Below, one piece after another: positions 34,692-36,582 of a stretch of 36,582 bases of DNA; positions within the stretch are counted from its first letter, which is position 1, and each line of letters starts with the position of its first letter. The notes beneath the pieces are model-generated. The model was not told the origin of the DNA. It did no database searches and worked only from the letters and a program-made list of their open reading frames with translations. The DNA comes from an uncultured virus (IMG/VR IMGVR_UViG_3300027770_000003) (taxonomy: Duplodnaviria; Heunggongvirae; Uroviricota; Caudoviricetes). The DNA lies in the IMG/VR virus record IMGVR_UViG_3300027770_000003. One strand, given 5' to 3'. The position numbers and the translations under genes are program-made.

Positions 34692-36197
34692 TTAGTAACT
34701 GTTCAAGATCGCCTGCACCATTGACTCATTGCTCTCACTGATCAAGTCATCAGCAGTTCCTTCAAGAACGCCGAGCATGATCTTGTGCTTCGCTTCAATG
34801 AGGGCGAGCATCTTCTCATCCATCGTTGTCATGCCATCAATGCCTGCGATCATGATGTGCGAAATTGTTTCACGCACCTGTCCAAAGCGATTGATGCGAT
34901 CTTCAACTTGAAGCAGTGATGCAGAATCCCAAGGCAATGAACACGACACATGATGTCGTGCTGAGTGCAATGTGATACCGACACCTGCACTGGCAACATT
35001 GCCAATCAACACTCGTGCCTCACCACTCTGAAATGCATCCACGCTCGCCTGCTTCGCCTTGTCATTCATTCCACCAACGATCTTGACAGTGTGAACAGAC
35101 TCAGAGAAATGATTGAAGTAAGCATCGGCTTCATCAGTGAAGTTGGTGCTCATGAATACCTGCTCACCATCGTCCAGCAAGTCCTGCACATATGCAGTCA
35201 CTGCTTTCACAGATCCCATTGCACAGATGTGGCGAAGTTCAGTGATGTATACAAGTGCTTCAGCGAGCATCGCCTTCTGAGCACGAGCCTCGCCTTTGGT
35301 ATTGCGAATCCACTGAATGAGATTCTCTTCGCAAGCGAGGTAGTTCGCTTCACGCTTCGCATCCATCTCAATCAACACTTGTGTACGACCACTGTTCGGA
35401 AGCGTGAGCACCTCATCACGAGTTCTGCGAATCATGAATGATCCAGCAAGCAGTTCATGCAGTTCTTTCAAGTGTGATGCACCACGAGTGCCGTAGGGAT
35501 CAATCTTCGGTGCGTAACGATTGATGAAGCCATTGATGCCACCAGTGAATGTTGCTCCACGATCCAGCATTTGGATCACTGGCAACAATTCCATCGGACG
35601 AGCAATCAACGGTGTACCACTCATGGCAACACGCACACCTGATGACGGAACAGTCTGTGCGATTTCAATCGTGGCTTGCGAACGCTTTGCTCGCTTGCCA
35701 CCTTTCATGTGATGACATTCATCAATGATGATTCCAGCAATATTGTTCTTCAACAATTCTTTCCATCCATGCACTGATGCTTCGCCAATGATCAACACAT
35801 CTGCTTCAGGCAATGCAGTGATCTTCAACTTGGTTGGGTTCGTGCCGAGAATGGTTGTAGTGCTCACTGATGGTGCAAACTTTGCGAACTCACGCTTCCA
35901 TGTCAATCGCATTGTGGCTGGCACGATCACGAGCACTGGAGTCATGCCAGCGATCACTGATGCTGTTGCGATTGCAATCGCAGTGGCTGTCTTACCGACA
36001 CCTTGCTCATCGGCAATCAACACTGTGCGTTCCTTCAATGCGAACTCTGCTCCAGTGATTTGATGTGCCAACAATGGTTGTGCCATTTGTGGCATTGACA
36101 ACGTAGTTTTTTCAATCGGTGCGTTGCTCATAAATTGCGTGAGGTTGGCGAGTGCTGACTGTTTCATATCTGTTCCCTTCGGTTGGTTGAATTGCAT
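34692..36197 (-). CDS. SNF2-family (SMARCAL1/HARP-like) helicase/ATPase
   Basis: LIADEQGVGKT, IIDECH, SGTP, GVGITL, QVEDRINRFGQ; TACCAT-N6-ATG at 36197, with an alternative start at MKQS. Confidence 0.92.
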   Translation of the reverse strand: MQFNQPKGTDMKQSALANLTQFMSNAPIEKTTLSMPQMAQPLLAHQITGAEFALKERTVLIADEQGVGKTATAIAIATASVIAGMTPVLVIVPATMRLTWKREFAKFAPSVSTTTILGTNPTKLKITALPEADVLIIGEASVHGWKELLKNNIAGIIIDECHHMKGGKRAKRSQATIEIAQTVPSSGVRVAMSGTPLIARPMELLPVIQMLDRGATFTGGINGFINRYAPKIDPYGTRGASHLKELHELLAGSFMIRRTRDEVLTLPNSGRTQVLIEMDAKREANYLACEENLIQWIRNTKGEARAQKAMLAEALVYITELRHICAMGSVKAVTAYVQDLLDDGEQVFMSTNFTDEADAYFNHFSESVHTVKIVGGMNDKAKQASVDAFQSGEARVLIGNVASAGVGITLHSARHHVSCSLPWDSASLLQVEDRINRFGQVRETISHIMIAGIDGMTTMDEKMLALIEAKHKIMLGVLEGTADDLISESNESMVQAILNSY

Positions 36198-36256
36198 GGG
36201 TCAATGGTATCGGTTTGGAATGGCTTTGCCGAGACATTACAGACTTTTATTTGGGC

Positions 36257-36302
36257 AAATAAAAGAGCCACCAGCGCATCGGGGGGGATGCACCAGTGGC
36301 TC
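36257..36302 (-). terminator. intrinsic terminator
   Basis: Minus strand GAGCCACTGGTGCATC-C5-GATGCGCTGGTGGCTC-TTTTATTT (16 bp stem with G-U pairs). Confidence 0.8.
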
Positions 36303-36322
36303 GTGGATGGGGCTGGTTGGGC

Positions 36323-36582
36323 TTAGTAAAGATCCAGCGATTCCTGACTGCCACCACCATATTTGGCTTCACAGACGCTCCCCATGCCCACCTCACGGCT
36401 GTGGTCATCGGTCAATGTCCTGCCACAGCAGAAGCACCTGCCGAGACTGCTGGCAAAGAGCATCTGTGCAGACTTCCAGTCATCGTGATTGAAATCGCCC
36501 ACAGTGGTGATCACACGCTTGGCTTCAGTGAGTGACATGACAGGTGAGTTGCCAGTGAGGTCACTGTCGCTCAATGAACCAC
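36323..36582 (-). CDS. DUF6011-like zinc-binding protein, 5' end probably outside window
   Basis: GRCFCCGRTLTDDHSREVGMGSVCEAKYG; the frame stays open to the window edge. Confidence 0.75.
   Translation of the reverse strand, partial: GSLSDSDLTGNSPVMSLTEAKRVITTVGDFNHDDWKSAQMLFASSLGRCFCCGRTLTDDHSREVGMGSVCEAKYGGGSQESLDLY

Overview
A 36.6 kb fragment of a large tailed dsDNA phage genome. The host is probably an actinobacterium, inferred from about ten leaderless TANNNT-N5-7-start promoters. Left to right, almost all on the minus strand: (1) a GP88-like Cys-motif gene, hypothetical genes and the terminase large subunit; (2) a KTSC-like gene and a glycosylation cluster (NDP-sugar epimerase, methyltransferase, two glycosyltransferases) beside a secreted Thr-rich mucin-like protein; (3) about 17 kb of modular tail-fibre/receptor-binding genes, including eight paralogous Gly-rich proteins, two Mtd_N proteins, adaptor-like genes and two Cys-rich microproteins; (4) a divergently transcribed 6 kb island (27.7-33.8 kb) of small, unrelated effector-like genes (HicA-like, zincin, four ADP-ribosyltransferase-like, GNAT, two ParB/Srx-like), most starting with a shared peptide (MAAHxNLSxQF and variants); (5) a 0.9 kb non-coding repeat/hairpin region at a sharp compositional boundary; (6) an SNF2 helicase and a DUF6011-like gene. 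The tagged effector island is the best candidate for an undescribed system, possibly capsid-packaged injected effectors carrying a common targeting tag. All family calls are by-eye motif recognition; no searches were run.
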